Shown piece by piece: positions 60,324-64,000 of a DNA stretch of 64,000 nucleotides; position 1 is the first letter of the stretch; each line of letters begins with the position of its first letter. The position numbers and the translations under genes are program-made. Under the pieces are notes generated by a model. It saw nothing but the letters and a program-made list of their open reading frames with translations. It had not been told where the DNA came from and ran no database searches. This stretch comes from Candidatus Magasanikiibacteriota bacterium (lineage in GTDB: Bacteria; Patescibacteriota; Patescibacteriia; Magasanikbacterales; GWA2-37-8): the NCBI GenBank assembly GCA_041665405.1, contig JBAYIZ010000002.1, positions 7,300 to 71,299 of the forward strand, written 5' to 3'.

Positions 60324-60416
60324 ATATTTGACAGGTTGTATTGAGCGGGTTATGCGCCGAGGCGCATCCTTTTGCCCTCGCGGGCAAAAAAAGCGAAATA
60401 CAATCTGACAAATATC
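60323..60416 (+). ncRNA. Structured repeat motif, copy 3
   Basis: GCGGGTTATGcgccGAggcgCATCCttttgcccTCGCgggcaaaaAAAGC closed by a roughly 24-bp stem of unrelated sequence. Confidence 0.6.
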
Positions 60417-60428
60417 GTCACTGACTTT

Positions 60429-61283
60429 ATGAACGAAAAACTTTTTAACATAGACTATCTCAAACATCTTTGTAATAAGTTTGGTTTGCGCCCATCCAAG
60501 GAATACGGTCAAAATTATTTGATCAATCCAGAAGTGATAGACACGATGATAGCAGTAAGTGGCGTTAATAAAAAAGACACAGTGGTCGAGGTTGGTCCTG
60601 GTTTTGGTATTCTCACGTTGGATCTCGCGGCCAAAGTAAAAAAGTTATTAGCTTTTGAAATTGAAATAAAATTAAAACCATATTGGGAGGAAATTAGTAC
60701 GCGTTTGTCCCAGAGTAAAGAAAATAATTTTGAAATTATTTGGGGCAATGTATTGCGTACTGATCCAGCCATTTTTCCCAAAAGCTATAAAGTGGTAGCC
60801 AATTTACCATATCAAATCACCTCGCCGGTATTAAAATTTTTTCTCGAAGATCTGGAAAACAAACCAAAAGAGATGACCTTGATGGTGCAAAAAGAAGTTG
60901 CTCAAAGAATCTGTGCTAAACCAGGGGAGATGTCGGTATTGGGTCTGTCGGTGCAATATTTTGGTCAGGCAGAAATCGTGGGTGAAGTAAAAAATAATAA
61001 TTTTTGGCCAGTACCTCAGGTAGATTCGGCGATAATCAAAATAATTTTGTCCAAACGCGCTACCATCAGAATGGAAGATCAAGCATTTTTCAAATTAGTC
61101 AAAATCGGCTTCGCTCAAAAACGAAAATTATTAATAAAAAACATTTTGCCAACAATAGGCAAGGAACATAAAGAAAAATTCCTCTCAGAGCTGAAAAAAA
61201 TGGGTTTTACTGAGACGGTACGCGCCCAAGAACTCAGTGTCGCCAACTGGCAACAACTAGTGAAGATATCCACATTACTCTAA
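60429..61283 (+). CDS. rsmA: 16S rRNA adenine dimethyltransferase RsmA/KsgA
   Basis: GQNYL, VEVGPGFG, ANLPYQIT, QKEVAQR; ATG at 60429 preferred. Confidence 0.95.
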   Translation: MNEKLFNIDYLKHLCNKFGLRPSKEYGQNYLINPEVIDTMIAVSGVNKKDTVVEVGPGFGILTLDLAAKVKKLLAFEIEIKLKPYWEEISTRLSQSKENNFEIIWGNVLRTDPAIFPKSYKVVANLPYQITSPVLKFFLEDLENKPKEMTLMVQKEVAQRICAKPGEMSVLGLSVQYFGQAEIVGEVKNNNFWPVPQVDSAIIKIILSKRATIRMEDQAFFKLVKIGFAQKRKLLIKNILPTIGKEHKEKFLSELKKMGFTETVRAQELSVANWQQLVKISTLL

Positions 61284-61324
61284 TGTGGATTTTTGTGCTA
61301 TAATAATAAAAAAGAATTGGGCTT

Positions 61325-61969
61325 ATGGTAGATGTCGAACAACCCACTGAAACCGGCTTATCCAAAGAGCAGAAGATAGGTTTTGTCTTACTGTCTGCTT
61401 TTGCTATTCTCGCGATTGGTTTGGGAGTAATTCAAATTCGCAATACGATGTACAGTCATTTTGCTTTAAACAATCAAATCCCGAATGTAATAAAAGATCA
61501 GGTAAATACAGTAGACGCATTGCGTTTTCGAGATACTGACAAAGATAGTCTTACCGATTTTGATGAATTATATGTATATGGTACTAGTCCCTATTTAGCC
61601 GATACTGATAGTGATGGTATCCCAGATGGAGAAGAAATAAATCGTGGTCTTAATCCTATTTGTGCTGAAGGCACAGATTGTTCATTCACTTTAGAGGCGG
61701 CGGCGGTAGCGGTAGTTGGTAGCAGTACTTTGGAGTCAACACTGATTGTTCCAGCCGAGCAACCAGCAATGGATTTGGGTGAAGCGATTAAAGATCCGGT
61801 GCAAGTGCGCAAAATGTTAATCAGCGCTGGAGTAAGTAGCGAAGTGGTGAATAAATTTTCGGACACAGAATTAATGAAGATGATTACTGAAATCATGAGC
61901 CCGTCTTCTACTGTTGATAATATAAAAACTTTAAATACAAATTTGTCCGCGACTGGGACGAAAAAATAA
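61325..61969 (+). CDS. Membrane-anchored protein with DxDxD Ca-binding repeats
   Basis: TM helix, DTDKDSLTDFDE, DTDSDGIPDGEE. Confidence 0.7.
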   Translation: MVDVEQPTETGLSKEQKIGFVLLSAFAILAIGLGVIQIRNTMYSHFALNNQIPNVIKDQVNTVDALRFRDTDKDSLTDFDELYVYGTSPYLADTDSDGIPDGEEINRGLNPICAEGTDCSFTLEAAAVAVVGSSTLESTLIVPAEQPAMDLGEAIKDPVQVRKMLISAGVSSEVVNKFSDTELMKMITEIMSPSSTVDNIKTLNTNLSATGTKK

Positions 61970-61982
61970 TTTCCACTAAAAT

Positions 61983-64000
61983 ATGTTTTTTCAAAAAATG
62001 AGAAAGTTGACGATTGGATTTTTATTATCGATTTTAATTTTTTCTTCAGTCGCTGGTTTTCTGGTCTCGGCGCAACCAGCCAATGCTCAGTTGGCGGTAC
62101 TGGTGACTGGAGATATTCAAGCTCAGGCCAATAGTATCGTGGACATGATCAAAAACGGTTGGAAGATAGCCGTGCTCAATGCCGCTCAACAAGCTGTGTC
62201 GTATTTTTTGCGCAAATTAGCTTATGATAGTGCGGTGTGGTTGGCGTCTGGTGGTAAAGGACAGAGTCCATATGCTCAAACCAAAGGATTCGGAGATTAT
62301 ATGGCATCAGTTGGTTCGGATGCCGCTGGTACGGCGATTGAACAACTTGGCAAGGGGTTTGGTTTGGATCTTTGTAAGATTCCGGACGTGCAAATAGATT
62401 TAGCTTTGCGTATTGGTTTGCATTACAATTACAATTTGGATGGTGGAAATAGTCCTGCGGCACCAGCTTGTAATTTGGCCACTTTTCAAGAAAATTGGAG
62501 TGGAAATGCTTGGGCTACCAAATATGGTGATGGCCAAGGCGGTTTTGATGTAAACAAAGTATTTAATAAAACCCTTACTGTTGAGGATGCTCCATTAGGT
62601 ATAGCTCTAAAGACTACTCAAAAAATTGATCGTCTAGTACTTGCCCAAACTAATGCAGCTCAAGCTGATCGTTTAGAGGGTCAAGGATATAAGGCGGCTA
62701 CAAGATTGATTTCTGGAGAGACAATGATACCGTCACAAACAATCAAAAAAGAAGCTGAAGCAAATACACCAAGTGAACAAACCAAAAAAAGTGAAGCTCA
62801 AATCGCGGCGGCTATGGGTTCAGGAGCTTGGGAAATTATTCCTTCGACCCTGTCTTTATTTTTGAATACTTTGTCTGGCCAGATGTTAAAGAATTTCAAA
62901 GATAATGGCATGTTGCCAGGTGGTTTATGTGTTGGTGGTTATGGTGATCCTTCTTGTAAAACTAAAAGTGGAAGTTCAGCACAAAACTTCGTTGCCGACA
63001 CCTCAGTATCAGGACGAGCCGTGGCTGAGGCGGCCTTTAGTGAATTTTTGATAACAAAATTAGACGCTTTATCAAACTATGACATATTGCGTGAACTTAA
63101 TAGTTGCGAATCACGTGGCTTATACAATTGTCGTGCCGATAGTTATTTAGTACAGGCAATTCAAGAAGAAAAACAATCTGCCCCAGTAACCGTCAAAGAG
63201 GCTATGAACAAAGGTTGGTTGCATCGTTCATGGAAACTGATTCCACCATCACGCACTGTCGATAATTCTTCTGCCCAATGTTATAATTCTGCTTATTGTT
63301 ATAGTAATATTCAAGTGCTTCGTCAACTGAGAATTCTTCCTCTTGGTTTTGAAATTGCGGCAAAAAACAGTGATCCAGATAGTCCATGGACGTTGGAAGA
63401 TGTAGTTAACGGATTTTATGATTGTAATTATAATAAAGACGCCAAAGGCAACATAGTTGGTATCACTTATGATCCAGTCAATAAACCGTTTTGTCATTTG
63501 ATAGATCCAAATTGGGTAATAAAATTATCTCAAGCTCGTTGTGATGCAGAAGCATATAGCGGTGTTCCGTTGAACGCAGGGGTACCAAATAGAGTTAAGG
63601 AATGTGTAGATGTAAAAACATGTGTTGGTTATGATAAAGAAGGTAACTGTGCCAGTTTTGGCAATTGCGTTCGTGAAAAAAATGTTTGGAAGTTTGACGC
63701 TACCAAATGTGATGCACAATATACGACTTGTAGGGCATTTACCGATAGTGTTGGCAAAGATGTATCTTATTTGTATCGTACATTGGACACTGGAGATTGT
63801 AATCAGGATACAGCCGGTTGTACGGCTTATAGTTTGGAACAAGATGACAAAGGTTGGAAAGAAGTATCCAAGACAGATTATGGAAGTTATTCTACTGGTA
63901 TTTATCTAAATAAAAATGTTTCGACTGCGAATGTTTGTAATGCGGATGCTGTTGGTTGTAGTGCTTTTAAATTATCAAATGATGCCAATTCAAATAATAT
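61983..64000 (+). CDS. Large Cys-rich secreted protein (runs off right edge)
   Basis: Not in the ORF track. Read by hand: MFFQKMRKLTIGFLLSILIFSSVAGFLVSAQPANA signal, then ...LAYDSAVWLASGGKGQSP...; not checked to the end codon by codon. Confidence 0.7.
   Translation, partial: MFFQKMRKLTIGFLLSILIFSSVAGFLVSAQPANAQLAVLVTGDIQAQANSIVDMIKNGWKIAVLNAAQQAVSYFLRKLAYDSAVWLASGGKGQSPYAQTKGFGDYMASVGSDAAGTAIEQLGKGFGLDLCKIPDVQIDLALRIGLHYNYNLDGGNSPAAPACNLATFQENWSGNAWATKYGDGQGGFDVNKVFNKTLTVEDAPLGIALKTTQKIDRLVLAQTNAAQADRLEGQGYKAATRLISGETMIPSQTIKKEAEANTPSEQTKKSEAQIAAAMGSGAWEIIPSTLSLFLNTLSGQMLKNFKDNGMLPGGLCVGGYGDPSCKTKSGSSAQNFVADTSVSGRAVAEAAFSEFLITKLDALSNYDILRELNSCESRGLYNCRADSYLVQAIQEEKQSAPVTVKEAMNKGWLHRSWKLIPPSRTVDNSSAQCYNSAYCYSNIQVLRQLRILPLGFEIAAKNSDPDSPWTLEDVVNGFYDCNYNKDAKGNIVGITYDPVNKPFCHLIDPNWVIKLSQARCDAEAYSGVPLNAGVPNRVKECVDVKTCVGYDKEGNCASFGNCVREKNVWKFDATKCDAQYTTCRAFTDSVGKDVSYLYRTLDTGDCNQDTAGCTAYSLEQDDKGWKEVSKTDYGSYSTGIYLNKNVSTANVCNADAVGCSAFKLSNDANSNN

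Noticed and set aside
60372-60428. N-terminal extension of RsmA in the ORF track
   Set aside because: The upstream TTG lies inside the structured repeat; ATG at 60429 fits the family.

Overview
AT-rich (about 30-35% GC by eye) bacterial chromosome segment. Its gene content (Cys-rich pilin-like and giant secreted proteins, split ComEC, ADP-forming acetate-CoA ligase, compact housekeeping operons) suggests Patescibacteria/CPR; this is inference. Housekeeping genes include a ClpC-like ATPase, PMM/PGM, htpX, lemA, rseP, pheST, a Glu dehydrogenase, mutM, leuS, nusA, yidC, groES/EL with a CIRCE variant, prfB, tsaC and rsmA. The main discovery is a complete diversity-generating retroelement (DGR) lying between lemA and htpX. 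It has a high-GC target gene (12822-13646) whose 111-nt variable repeat (VR) differs from a template repeat (TR, 13981-14091) at 22 positions, all TR adenines. It also has an apparently stand-alone structured TR RNA, an Avd-like gene in inverted orientation, a G10 tract and a DGR-type reverse transcriptase. Other highlights: (1) three copies of an unnamed three-way-junction RNA-like motif with covariation; (2) a candidate polymorphic toxin/immunity locus built on a transglutaminase-like giant protein; (3) a 194-aa alpha/beta-hydrolase inserted inside LeuRS; (4) REP-like palindromes inserted in frame in essential genes; (5) a promoter-driven 6S-like rod RNA upstream of groES.
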